Below are positions 1-9,049 of a stretch of 64,000 bases of DNA, piece by piece. The number at the start of each line of letters is the position of its first letter. The stretch's first letter is position 1. The stretch is from Candidatus Poribacteria bacterium (GTDB taxonomy: Bacteria; Poribacteria; WGA-4E; WGA-3G). The stretch spans positions 2,240,001 to 2,304,000 of the forward strand of contig OZ242029.1 of assembly GCA_965205015.1 (NCBI GenBank), written 5' to 3'. The position numbers were made by a program, and so were the translations under genes. The notes under the pieces are model-generated. The model did no database searches, was not told the DNA's origin, and saw only the letters and a program-made list of their open reading frames with translations.

Positions 1-5
1 AACAG

Positions 6-371
6 GTGCTGGTTGTAGCGGATCAGTCCCCAACAACACTACACGGACAAATCTTCTGGGCAGATACAGGTAAACCTATCCACAATGCGATTGTTTCGCG
101 TTCATGGTATCCTTGGGAATTACACCCCTATGACATGTCAATGACGCTGGATCGGTTTGAAGTGGAAACGGACGTGCACGGCACATTTAAATTCCACAAC
201 CTAACACAGGCGCGCTATCAACTCCACATCCGTGCTGTTCACGCGATATTTGAAACAGAGACGGAACGCTATCAACGGACGCTTCTTCACAAACGGGTTG
301 AAATTCCTGCCGCTGGTCCCGAATATCATATCTACATCGGCAGACGAGACGGCACCCCCTTTGCAAAATGA
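6..371 (+). CDS. C-terminal part of a protein with a carboxypeptidase-regulatory-like (prealbumin-like) domain; likely begins before the window
   Basis: 'LHGQIFWADTGKPIHNAIV...ETDVHGTFKFHNLTQARYQL' fits the G...G.P...A.V...TD..G.F.F..L..G.Y pattern; stop overlaps the next start (ATGA). Confidence 0.6.
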   Translation: MLVVADQSPTTLHGQIFWADTGKPIHNAIVSRSWYPWELHPYDMSMTLDRFEVETDVHGTFKFHNLTQARYQLHIRAVHAIFETETERYQRTLLHKRVEIPAAGPEYHIYIGRRDGTPFAK

Positions 372-1129
372 CACATAAGCATTTCTTTACACTCACACTC
401 ACAGCAATCATCTCCATCTTATTTGTCCTGCTACCGGCAAATGCTGGCTTGCACGGCGTGTATAATGATGGGAAAAGAATCATCACTCAGGAGATTGCCG
501 TTCCGAAAGCCGCTGGCGGCTACTACCGAAACCCGGGCAAATACATAGCGTCCGAGGACGAAAATCGCTGGTTTGGACCGGAAATCGACAGTCGCGTGCT
601 TTGTCATAAGACTGCCCATCCCTTTAACGACGCAGGATTCTTTGACATCATCTATACCAGAGAAGAGGCACACGTCTGGCCCTCCTCAAGACCCGGAAAA
701 GTGTGGTGGTATCGGAAACAGGAGTGGCGTTTCGCAACTGACGACACGCCTTGGGGCACAGACACCGTCCACGTCACCCTCGCATCCGAGATCGGTTGGA
801 TGGATATCGACGCTACAGACAGCACTACGGGGTTTCCTTGGAGCGGATTCGAGGAGCATTGGCGCGAGGGAGACTTCGTAAAATCCAAGTCGGAAATAAT
901 CGGTTATTACCCGTACGAGCGCGACGGCGCGAGATACCTCGCGCCGAAATATTACAAAAGCGGAACTTTGGACTACATCTGTGCGACGGGGACGGGATGG
1001 CTTAACTTGAAGGTCCTCAGCCACACCGAAGGACACTTTACGGACCCCGTATTGCGTCCCAAATCCAATCAACTCAGCCGCCGCGAAAAAGGCACAGACA
1101 ATTGGTACGACTGTCTACCGCTGAAATAG
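368..1129 (+). CDS. Secreted hypothetical protein, family A copy 1
   Basis: Signal peptide (..LLPANA); collinear paralog of 2581-3324 (WFGPE, TDDTPWGT, TTGxPWSG, HWRxG, WYDC). Confidence 0.8.
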   Translation: MTHKHFFTLTLTAIISILFVLLPANAGLHGVYNDGKRIITQEIAVPKAAGGYYRNPGKYIASEDENRWFGPEIDSRVLCHKTAHPFNDAGFFDIIYTREEAHVWPSSRPGKVWWYRKQEWRFATDDTPWGTDTVHVTLASEIGWMDIDATDSTTGFPWSGFEEHWREGDFVKSKSEIIGYYPYERDGARYLAPKYYKSGTLDYICATGTGWLNLKVLSHTEGHFTDPVLRPKSNQLSRREKGTDNWYDCLPLK

Positions 1130-1216
1130 TTATTTTCTGCGGATGGGATAGTAAAAAGGGCAGGGTTTCACCGGATCCGATAAAAAAATACCCATCTCAG
1201 TGTCAACGTTAGCAAC

Positions 1217-1720
1217 TCATCGCGTCGGATCAAAAATGAACTTAAAGGTTTCTTCGTCCGGATCTTTCCCTTCGGCTTTGAGTGCCTGAATATCGGCTTC
1301 AATATCTGCGATCGCCTCGTTTTGATGTTCAATAATCTCTTTCGGATACTTCTTATCCGTCGCGATTTCCAAAAGTAAGGTGTTCAGGGTGAGTGCTTGC
1401 GGGAGCGTATACACCCCAGCACTGTCCATTTCAAACAGCAATTCGGCATACGCTTCGGACTTCGGATGCCCATCATGGAGAATACGCGATGCCTCTTTTA
1501 GCGCGGTTAACGCCCCTGCCGGATTGGTGTCCTTGAGTTCGATATACTTCGCAATCGCATCTTCGGATGCCGCAGCGCGAGCTTCCAGGGTCGATACCGT
1601 TTCCGTGGCTTCCTGTGCCGGTAATGGCTCTGAGGGAGCTGTCGAAACCGGGGACTCGGTGTCCTGACACCCGAATACAAATAGTAGACTGAAGACGATT
1701 AGAAAAAAAACAAATCGCAT
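1217..1720 (-). CDS. Predicted lipoprotein, helical and acidic, function unknown
   Basis: Lipobox 'LFVFGC', GGAGG RBS upstream, Pro/Ala/Thr linker. Confidence 0.75.
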   Translation of the reverse strand: MRFVFFLIVFSLLFVFGCQDTESPVSTAPSEPLPAQEATETVSTLEARAAASEDAIAKYIELKDTNPAGALTALKEASRILHDGHPKSEAYAELLFEMDSAGVYTLPQALTLNTLLLEIATDKKYPKEIIEHQNEAIADIEADIQALKAEGKDPDEETFKFIFDPTR

Positions 1721-1888
1721 CTAATACCTCCTGTGATGCTATCCACTTCTGAGGAAATGCTGATAATTACTTTTTTGTTGGCGAGTCAGAACGAGAACTT
1801 CATTTTTTTTAGCGGAAGTAGTTGATGCCGGAAAAAAGTCGTCAACTTCGCAGGAAAGTGATACAATACATAGCGGAGAGCTGCTTTG

Positions 1889-2578
1889 ATGAGAAACATC
1901 GCACACGCATTAAACGCACTTATCATCTTTTATATCCTCTTCCTTTTGCAAGGGAACGTGAATGCCGCGTTTTGGGAAGACCACTTTGAACAAGAAGCAG
2001 TGGAGGACTGGCAGCACGTCGGAAACGATTCCGTCTGGACGGTCGAGGATGGGTTTTTAAGGGCAGAAATTCAGGCACAGAACCAATGGAGTGTCATATT
2101 TGAACGCTATCAACTCATCGCCTATCCCGGTCCCTATAATGATTTTACAATTACGCTTGCAACCGTCGGTGCAGCGCGCGCTCGATTCGGTATTGCACTC
2201 GCAAAGCATTTCCGAAATCCTGTGACCGAAATGGAGGAGGACGGCTACTACCTCTTTTTCACAAACGATATGCAAGCTTCGAGAGGCGGAGGCGTGTTTG
2301 TCGGACCCGAACGACGTTGGGACACCGACGCACTCCAACAGATGGAACTCCACTTCAAGGACGGCAGATTTCAATTGAGTGCCGACGGTGAATTACGTCT
2401 CGACTTCAGGGATGCAAACTTCGACCACATTGATACGATCGCCTTCGTGCTCGCTGGATTTGTCACAGAGGACGTTAACACGGGGAGCGCGTGGGTAGAC
2501 ACGTTTACGATTGATGGACTCGCCGTCTCACCAAAACGGAAATTAACAACCACATGGGCAAGTTTGAAGCAAGAATAG
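1889..2578 (+). CDS. Secreted hypothetical protein, family B copy 1 (possible ConA/LamG-like beta-sandwich) with C-terminal KLxxxW tail
   Basis: Signal peptide; paralog of 3328-4029; ends LAVSPKRKLTTTWASLKQE. Confidence 0.8.
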   Translation: MRNIAHALNALIIFYILFLLQGNVNAAFWEDHFEQEAVEDWQHVGNDSVWTVEDGFLRAEIQAQNQWSVIFERYQLIAYPGPYNDFTITLATVGAARARFGIALAKHFRNPVTEMEEDGYYLFFTNDMQASRGGGVFVGPERRWDTDALQQMELHFKDGRFQLSADGELRLDFRDANFDHIDTIAFVLAGFVTEDVNTGSAWVDTFTIDGLAVSPKRKLTTTWASLKQE

Positions 2579-2580
2579 CA

Positions 2581-3324
2581 ATGTTACGAAAAAACTTGGA
2601 TCTGATTTTCGATGCATTTTTACTCGTGGTGGTTCTCGGGGTCGTATTTTGGACCACCCATGCCGGAGCGAGATTGAATCCCGGGGAAAGTGCCAAACCC
2701 GCGAATTCAGGGTCCTATTATAGAACCCCGGGTGTAAATGGCACGTGGTTCGGACCTGAAGTCAACTCACTGACCCTCTGCTCGGGTGTTCATAACCCCT
2801 TTAACAATAGAGGTCGGTTCGACATCGTGGAAACCATTGAAAGTGCAGCGGTTTCCCGTTCAAGCATCCGAGGCGCGCTCCGTTGGTATCGTGGGCAGCG
2901 GTGGTATTTCAGCACAGACGACACACCGTGGGGCACGAACTTCTCCTATATTACACTCCGCGACGATTTAGGATGGGATGAAATTAGTGTAGGCGGCGGA
3001 ACAACGGGCTATCCGTGGAGCGGCGTTGAACGACACTGGCGGGACGGGAACATTATCCGAGCGCAAGCCTCCGTCATCGGTTGGCGGCGGTATGCCCGCG
3101 GCGCAGAACGATGGGTCTGCCCGATGTACTACAAAATCGGCGGATGGGAAGGTGAACCCCTTGAAGTCAACTGCAAAACCCTCAGAACATGGTTTCCCCC
3201 AGACTGGAACGTCCTGAAACAGAAAGATGGAGACTTCGGTCCCCCTGTCGAGCGCAAACCCGGGGTCCTGAGTCGGAAAGGAAAGAAAACACAACAGTGG
3301 TACGACTGCATCAAAATCAATTAG
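2581..3324 (+). CDS. Secreted hypothetical protein, family A copy 2
   Basis: Signal peptide; paralog of 368-1129; starts 2 nt after the B1 stop. Confidence 0.8.
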   Translation: MLRKNLDLIFDAFLLVVVLGVVFWTTHAGARLNPGESAKPANSGSYYRTPGVNGTWFGPEVNSLTLCSGVHNPFNNRGRFDIVETIESAAVSRSSIRGALRWYRGQRWYFSTDDTPWGTNFSYITLRDDLGWDEISVGGGTTGYPWSGVERHWRDGNIIRAQASVIGWRRYARGAERWVCPMYYKIGGWEGEPLEVNCKTLRTWFPPDWNVLKQKDGDFGPPVERKPGVLSRKGKKTQQWYDCIKIN

Positions 3325-3327
3325 CCC

Positions 3328-4029
3328 ATGCGAAACAAAAGCCGAACGATCTTCATACTTCTTTATACGCTCATTAACTGCGCCCTTTCCGTCTCCGCCG
3401 AGACATGGCACGACGATTTTGATGCCGAAAAGCCTGAAGCGTGGCGGGTCGTCGGAAACGATTCCATTTGGAAAGTCAGCGACGGATTCTTACACGCAGA
3501 GGTTAAACGGGAGTGGGATGTGCAATACGAACTCTACCAATTCATCGCACTCCCGCCACCCTATAGAAACTTCACAATCACGATCAACGACTTCGGGGGT
3601 GACAAAACACGTTTCGGTTTTTGTGTAGGACGCCGTTTTCCGGATACCCCGAAAGCGGATCCGTTCTTCTACGTGTTTTTCCCAGATGAAATCAGAGCGA
3701 GGCGTTTTGACGGTAAAGGGAGCAGCCATCCATTCCAAATTCGGCTCTCCAGAGAGCCGCGCACCCGCTGGGAAACGGATGCCCTCTCAAAGATGGAACT
3801 CCGATTTAATGCTGGACATTTTATAGTGTTCGCAGATGGCAAACTCCGCACAGCGTTCCAAGACGCGAACTTTGATAAGATCGAGATTCTCGGTTTCGTC
3901 ATGGAGGGCATCAATATCGCAAACGAATGGGTCGGCGCGGCGTGGGCGGATTCCTTCACCATCTCCGGACTGAACGTCTCTCCAGAGATAAAATTGACCC
4001 TAATATGGGGACGACTCAAGCAGAGATGA
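3328..4029 (+). CDS. Secreted hypothetical protein, family B copy 2
   Basis: Shares VGNDSxWxVxDGFLxAE, WxTDAL, ADGxLR, DANFD, AWxDxFTIxGL with B1; ends LNVSPEIKLTLIWGRLKQR. Confidence 0.8.
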   Translation: MRNKSRTIFILLYTLINCALSVSAETWHDDFDAEKPEAWRVVGNDSIWKVSDGFLHAEVKREWDVQYELYQFIALPPPYRNFTITINDFGGDKTRFGFCVGRRFPDTPKADPFFYVFFPDEIRARRFDGKGSSHPFQIRLSREPRTRWETDALSKMELRFNAGHFIVFADGKLRTAFQDANFDKIEILGFVMEGINIANEWVGAAWADSFTISGLNVSPEIKLTLIWGRLKQR

Positions 4030-4051
4030 TAGCACCCGGTTCAGGTGGGGC

Positions 4052-4465
4052 ATGCGGAAGACAGTCTGCGGACTTACCGGGAAATTGTATCCATGGGGCG
4101 ATACGTATGAGGCAACCCACGCAAACCACGGACGGCATCACAACGCTCCGATCGCTGTCGGGCAGTACCCACCCAACGGCTACGGTCTATACGATATGGC
4201 AGGTAACATTTCCGAGTGGTGTCTTGATGAGTATGATCCCGACTACTATACAACAGCCCCGCGTGAAAATCCATTTCCAAACGAGACGATCAAAGCGACC
4301 ATCGATGATTTCAAAAACGTGAAAGACAAAAACCGAGTGCTGCGTGGGGGTTGCTGGAGCGATAACGGATTATTTTTGCGAGTCGCTTACCGTGACTGGG
4401 GACCGCAAAACTACACGAGCGTCTTCCGCGGGTTCCGATGCGTGAAGGACATCCCACTTAAATAG
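4052..4465 (+). pseudogene. C-terminal half of a formylglycine-generating enzyme (FGE/SUMF1) family protein
   Basis: YPWG, PNGYGLYDMAGNISEW, RVLRGGCW, GFRC present; the N-terminal half including RLPTEAEWE is absent. Confidence 0.75.
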
Positions 4466-4771
4466 ATCGGTGAACTTCCCGTCCTTAATATCCTCAAGGG
4501 CCTCCTTGCGAAGATATTCCAAAGCTATCAAAGCCTCCTGTAGTTTACCAATGAGGATTTTCAGCAGAGCGTTTTTCGTTTGTCCTTTGCATTCCACCCC
4601 GGGAACGTCCGGAATCCATCCCCTCCACTCATTCCCTTCTTTTCTAAGATGAACGGTATAGGATTCACCAAAGTCCGGATCCTTAATTTCGATAGTGTGA
4701 ACGCGTTTGCTTTTGATCTGCTTGTCCGGCAAACTATGATCTGTGACTTGTTTACTTATGACGCGTGTCAT
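4370..4771 (-). CDS. HicB-like antitoxin domain protein (orphan)
   Basis: 'YTVHLRKEGNEWRGWIPDVPGVECKGQTKNALL' matches the HicB pattern; 3' end overlaps the convergent FGE remnant. Confidence 0.6.
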   Translation of the reverse strand: MTRVISKQVTDHSLPDKQIKSKRVHTIEIKDPDFGESYTVHLRKEGNEWRGWIPDVPGVECKGQTKNALLKILIGKLQEALIALEYLRKEALEDIKDGKFTDLFKWDVLHASEPAEDARVVLRSPVTVSDSQK

Positions 4772-4884
4772 ACGAATCTGCTCCTTTTCTGATGATCAAA
4801 CTCTGCTTTTAACTCGTTAACAAATAGTATACCACACAAGCAGGGAAATCACATACAAATGTTTGAAATTCCGACAACTGACAA

Positions 4885-6603
4885 CTACCTAAAAAACTCC
4901 CGCTGCTCCCCACCGAAATGCCGCTCCGACTTCTGACTCGGACGAATCCGCCATTCCATCGGCAGCCGAACGAACGTATTGATAATCTCAGGATTCTCAA
5001 AATACGCATCATCGATCTGCCAGAACTGGAGACGCGAATAGTTCCGTCCATTATGCGCAAAACTCCCCATCTTCTCCGCCTGCTGCCGCATCCCCGCACT
5101 GATAGGCGTAATTGTGATAAAGATCCCGATCTCCGCATTGTTCTCGTGCATCACCTGACAAAAAGCGCGCACCTGTGTAATCGAGGGTCTCCCCGTCTTG
5201 ACCTCCGCAAGAATCCGAGCATCTGATTCCTTCATCTGCTGTGTGTTCCATAACGTCATATACCCAACACCATCATGTCCACCATCACCGACATCCCGTG
5301 TTGGTCTCAAGCCGAGTCGTGTCACCGCCCAATTCGAGAAATCGTGATATTTCCGTTTATCGCCATCCTTCAAGAACCGCCGGACCTCCTGCATGTTAGT
5401 CGGATACCCCTCGATTTGATAATCGACTGAAGTCTCCAATCCGTGTCGGTCTGCCAACCGTTGACGTATTGGGTCCAACGCCAAAATCGTTAGGTCAATA
5501 CCGATCCAATTCCGCTTGAGCGTATGCGCCGCGTCGATCGTCGTGCCACACCCACAGAACGGATCCAAAATAATGTCCGCTTCGTTGCTGGACGCGCTTA
5601 TCAGACGCTCATAAAGCGCGAGTGGCTTCTGCGTCGGATAACCCAAGCGTTCTTTTGATTTGCTCGTGAGGGGATTTATATCTGTGATAATATCGTGTAC
5701 CCTTCTCCCCTTTGACGTAGACAAATATCGCTTGAATCTTGGGATTTTACCATTGGGAGGCCAGTAAATCAGCCCATTTGCATCCAACGTATCAAGTTTT
5801 TCGTGAACTGAGAGCGACTCATAATTCTCAGGCGGTTCAACGCCTTCGGGCCATGCTTCTCTGCGTGGTGCCCGCCAGTGATTCCCGACAGTATTTGGAT
5901 CCACATCCCGCCACGGCTGACCGGATTCGCCAAGTCTAACTCCTGAGGCATTTAGATCGCCAACTTGGTAAAATCCCCTTTCATCCTGATGGCGATAGGC
6001 TCTTTTCACATACTCAGGATCGTGATCCATATAGACAGGATTCCATACTGTTTGCTTACTCTTGCTATAGAACAGAATTGTGTCATGGACCCTGCCATAC
6101 TGCTTGCCGTCGTTATGGGCATTGGTGCGTTGCCAGATAATCTCGTTCCTGAAATTCTCCACCCCAAAGATAACGTCCATCACACCCTTGAGATAGTGGC
6201 TTGCAGTCGGGTCGCAGTGCAGATAGATGCTCCCCTTTTGCGTCAGGATACGGTGCATCTCAGCAAGTCGCGGTCCCATAAACGCCAGATACGCACGCAT
6301 CGCACCGCTATTCCCCGACACAGCGCGGCGGAGAACCAAGTCGTACCCCTTGAGGCATTCATCGAGTGCCTTGTAGGTATCACTGGTGTATGCGTAGTGT
6401 TCGATGTCAGCGCGAGCGTCCTGAGCCGCCGTATCCCACGTCCACGTATCCGTAAACGCCTTCTTCTGCGCCAGCGAATCCCCGATGAACGAATTATAAT
6501 CCCGTCCACTATTAAACGGCGGATCCGTACAGATGAGGTCCACCCGTCCCGCATCCATCTCTCGCAGTATCTCTAAGTTATCACCGAAGTAGAGTTTGTT
6601 CAT
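4885..6603 (-). CDS. Beta-class N6/N4 DNA methyltransferase fused to a C-terminal Mrr-like PD-(D/E)xK domain
   Basis: GDNL, DPPF (motif IV), YPTQKP, DPFCGCGTT (motif I); C-terminal DGGHDG...AEVKTG. Confidence 0.9.
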   Translation of the reverse strand: MNKLYFGDNLEILREMDAGRVDLICTDPPFNSGRDYNSFIGDSLAQKKAFTDTWTWDTAAQDARADIEHYAYTSDTYKALDECLKGYDLVLRRAVSGNSGAMRAYLAFMGPRLAEMHRILTQKGSIYLHCDPTASHYLKGVMDVIFGVENFRNEIIWQRTNAHNDGKQYGRVHDTILFYSKSKQTVWNPVYMDHDPEYVKRAYRHQDERGFYQVGDLNASGVRLGESGQPWRDVDPNTVGNHWRAPRREAWPEGVEPPENYESLSVHEKLDTLDANGLIYWPPNGKIPRFKRYLSTSKGRRVHDIITDINPLTSKSKERLGYPTQKPLALYERLISASSNEADIILDPFCGCGTTIDAAHTLKRNWIGIDLTILALDPIRQRLADRHGLETSVDYQIEGYPTNMQEVRRFLKDGDKRKYHDFSNWAVTRLGLRPTRDVGDGGHDGVGYMTLWNTQQMKESDARILAEVKTGRPSITQVRAFCQVMHENNAEIGIFITITPISAGMRQQAEKMGSFAHNGRNYSRLQFWQIDDAYFENPEIINTFVRLPMEWRIRPSQKSERHFGGEQREFFR

Positions 6604-6793
6604 TCGTATTCTTCCACGAACTTGTCACTGCTGGTTTTTCCTTTACCGATTCCACTTCCTTAATAGTAGCTCCGCTACATCCTAAACGACCTAATAAGAA
6701 AACTACTAAAGCTATAAATAGAGGAACAGCAAGGAAACCCCAATTCATCATTCTATCTATCCATTTTGTCATTATTCTGATCTCCTTTGTCAA
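6581..6793 (-). CDS. Small membrane hypothetical protein
   Basis: One hydrophobic segment; overlaps both neighbours; GGAG upstream of the internal MTKW start. Confidence 0.4.
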   Translation of the reverse strand: MTKEIRIMTKWIDRMMNWGFLAVPLFIALVVFLLGRLGCSGATIKEVESVKEKPAVTSSWKNTNEQTLLR

Positions 6794-7382
6794 AATTCTT
6801 CTCTATTCTATACCATTTGTGTAACCCAAAACATAAAAGCACAGCTAGAAATATGGGGTAGATGAGAAACAGAAGGTAAAGTTCGTTAGCCAAATTGTAT
6901 AATCCAAATCCCATCAATACCGTAAAGCACACAAAGAAAAGACCTGGAACAGTAAGTTCAATTACGGACCTTTGCCAATAGGTATTTATTTTTTCATCAT
7001 CGCCTAGAAATTCCCATTCGTTTCTGAAAAATTTATATTCCAATTCATTTTCTAATTTCTTTAACGCTTCATATTTTCGGGAATTCACTCGGAGGTAAGA
7101 GTTTATGGAAAAACACCATATCCAAGATAAAGATAAGCCCAATACTCCCAAGGCTACGATGAGATTTTCAATTGATATTATTTGCAAAAGTTCAGTAGGC
7201 AATTTGTCTTTGTTCTGTAAAAACGCTGAAAAAATTAGAGCTAACCCAGACATTATTAAGATATAGAAGCGATTTGTTGTAGTTCGGCGGTTACTTATGC
7301 TGTTGGCTAACTGTGCTTGGAGTTTGTAGATTTCTATTAATCGTTCCTGCCTTCGGTCCAATTGTTCCGGTTCTGTGCTCAT
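6753..7382 (-). CDS. Multi-pass membrane protein resembling the RipA/8xMP octameric membrane family
   Basis: 'EIYKL..LANSISNRR...NRFY', 'W...INSY..VNSRKY..LKKLE..L...F..EW..LG', 'IE..VP..F'; AT-rich. Confidence 0.65.
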   Translation of the reverse strand: MSTEPEQLDRRQERLIEIYKLQAQLANSISNRRTTTNRFYILIMSGLALIFSAFLQNKDKLPTELLQIISIENLIVALGVLGLSLSWIWCFSINSYLRVNSRKYEALKKLENELEYKFFRNEWEFLGDDEKINTYWQRSVIELTVPGLFFVCFTVLMGFGLYNLANELYLLFLIYPIFLAVLLCFGLHKWYRIEKNFDKGDQNNDKMDR

Positions 7383-7722
7383 CTTTATGCTACCTTTCGT
7401 GTTCTAACAACGTGTTAGAATGCAAATCGTTTCCTATCCAGTTTGCTATTACATAGTTGAGTTTTGGATTATGAATCCTTCATTTTCCAAGTCCAGCCCT
7501 CTTATTCTCACTGTTAGAATAAGAAGTCAACAAAAAAGGAGAATTTCTGCTTCCTAACAGTGCCACTCGAAGGTTGGCTGGAATAGTATATCACAAAAGG
7601 AATAGAAAGTTACAAATTTTTACACCGCGCCTCTACATCCTTCACCACTTTCCTGCTTTGGTCCCACTATCACGAGCGGATAATATTTTATAGGGACAAC
7701 AAATGATTAAAAACTATACATT

Positions 7723-7751
7723 AGTATAGCACATAGCAAACGCAAAGTCAA
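7723..7751 (-). promoter_or_regulatory. Near-consensus sigma70 promoter facing the RipA-like/MTase genes
   Basis: TTGACT-N17-TATACT with TGn extended -10. Confidence 0.65.
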
Positions 7752-7900
7752 GCGAAAAGTCCAAATTCACAAAGCCTTTCAGTTTTCGGTGGAGTGATGG
7801 GAACCTGTATGGAAGCATCGAATACTTCTGGATTTAATGGGATCTTCGGGTGATATAGGGTATATTAGGTTGCGGCGTAAGGTTCTGTGAGAGAGATATG

Positions 7901-8115
7901 AAAATTTCACAGTAAGTATTTGAGAAAAGGTCTATGTGACCCTCTCGAAACGTAGGTGCGGTATAGGGTGAGAGCGGTTTGGAGGATATTGACTTTTTGG
8001 GTGTTTACTGTGAAATTTTAAAAATGGAAACTCGGTCCGATTGCTTGTAAACCCAGTCATGGTATGGGTTTAGAACCTGATTGGGGAGTCAGTCATTTTT
8101 TAGGTTACTGTGAAA
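7901..8115. repeat. Three TTACTGTGAAA-core sites; the first two form a perfect 15-bp inverted repeat
   Basis: AAAATTTCACAGTAA 7901-7915, TTACTGTGAAATTTT 8005-8019, TTACTGTGAAA 8105-8115. Confidence 0.7.
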
Positions 8116-8270
8116 ATATTGTTTTGTTGAATTATATATAACATATTGATATATATGTCCTATCTTGATTTCGCTAAACGGACGGATCCCGCAAATATCA
8201 AAAAGTTTACAATTAGGTATGCCCTGAGTAGTTAGCAAGATTTTCTAACCACGCTGAATAAAAAATAAAT

Positions 8271-8299
8271 TTGCATCCTCAAATTAAATATATTATCAT
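8271..8299 (+). promoter_or_regulatory. Putative sigma70 promoter
   Basis: TTGCAT-N17-TATCAT, 24 nt before the ATG at 8324. Confidence 0.45.
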
Positions 8300-8323
8300 A
8301 CATCAAAAAGGCGAAACCAAACC

Positions 8324-9034
8324 ATGTCCAAGCGCGCAATCCTCACAACCATCGTCATCCCGATCCTGCTGATCTCTGGACTCATGGTCTTCCTCATCAA
8401 CAACCGACAGGAACCCGCAGCCGAACTCGTCCTAACGCAGCAACAAATTCACTTCGGAACGCTCCCAGAATGGGAGGGACCCGTAACGCGATCCGTAACA
8501 GCACGAAACATCGGCGCGTTTCCAGTTCACATCCAAAGCATCCACACAGGGTGCGGTTATGCCGAAATCACAGGTCCAGAGCGAATCCAACCCGATACAG
8601 AAGCCACATTCCAGATAGTTATCAGCCCAGAACTTCTGCCCGATGACGAGACCTCAGCAACCGCCACCATCTTCACAGACAGCCCCAAAACCCCGGTTGT
8701 CCATCTGACAGTTATCGCCACAGCGAAACGATTTGCGACACTCACGCCAAACCTTTGCGAGTTCGGGAACATCCGCCCCGAGACGAGGCATCAAAGGGCC
8801 ATCGAACTCACTGTGAATGCTCCATTCGACACATCGGGCATCCGTCTTCTCCCATCGGGACATGAAGCACTCACATGGGAGATAACACCCTATCTGGACA
8901 CAGATACCGCTCGCATTACAGTCCACCTCGGTTTCCTGAAATACAGAGGCACCTTTGCATCGCTCCTCACTGTTTACTTTCCAAACCAACGAACGCTAAC
9001 CCTCCCTGTTACCGCCGAAGTGCTCCCTCACTGA
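8324..9034 (+). CDS. DUF1573-domain (Ig-like) membrane-anchored protein
   Basis: N-terminal TM; 'FG...RNIG..P..I..I.TGCG', 'FTDSP..P..L.V.A'. Confidence 0.7.
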   Translation: MSKRAILTTIVIPILLISGLMVFLINNRQEPAAELVLTQQQIHFGTLPEWEGPVTRSVTARNIGAFPVHIQSIHTGCGYAEITGPERIQPDTEATFQIVISPELLPDDETSATATIFTDSPKTPVVHLTVIATAKRFATLTPNLCEFGNIRPETRHQRAIELTVNAPFDTSGIRLLPSGHEALTWEITPYLDTDTARITVHLGFLKYRGTFASLLTVYFPNQRTLTLPVTAEVLPH

Positions 9035-9049
9035 CAACCAAATAACCAC

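Noticed and set aside
368-4029. Diversity-generating retroelement template/variable repeat explanation for the paralogs
   Set aside because: Divergence spans the whole genes, is not adenine-specific, and there is no reverse transcriptase in the window
5965-6576. 203-aa plus-strand ORF
   Set aside because: Antisense shadow of the methyltransferase
7420-7557. 45-codon plus-strand ORF in the leader region
   Set aside because: No RBS or recognisable motif, and it is antisense to the predicted transcript
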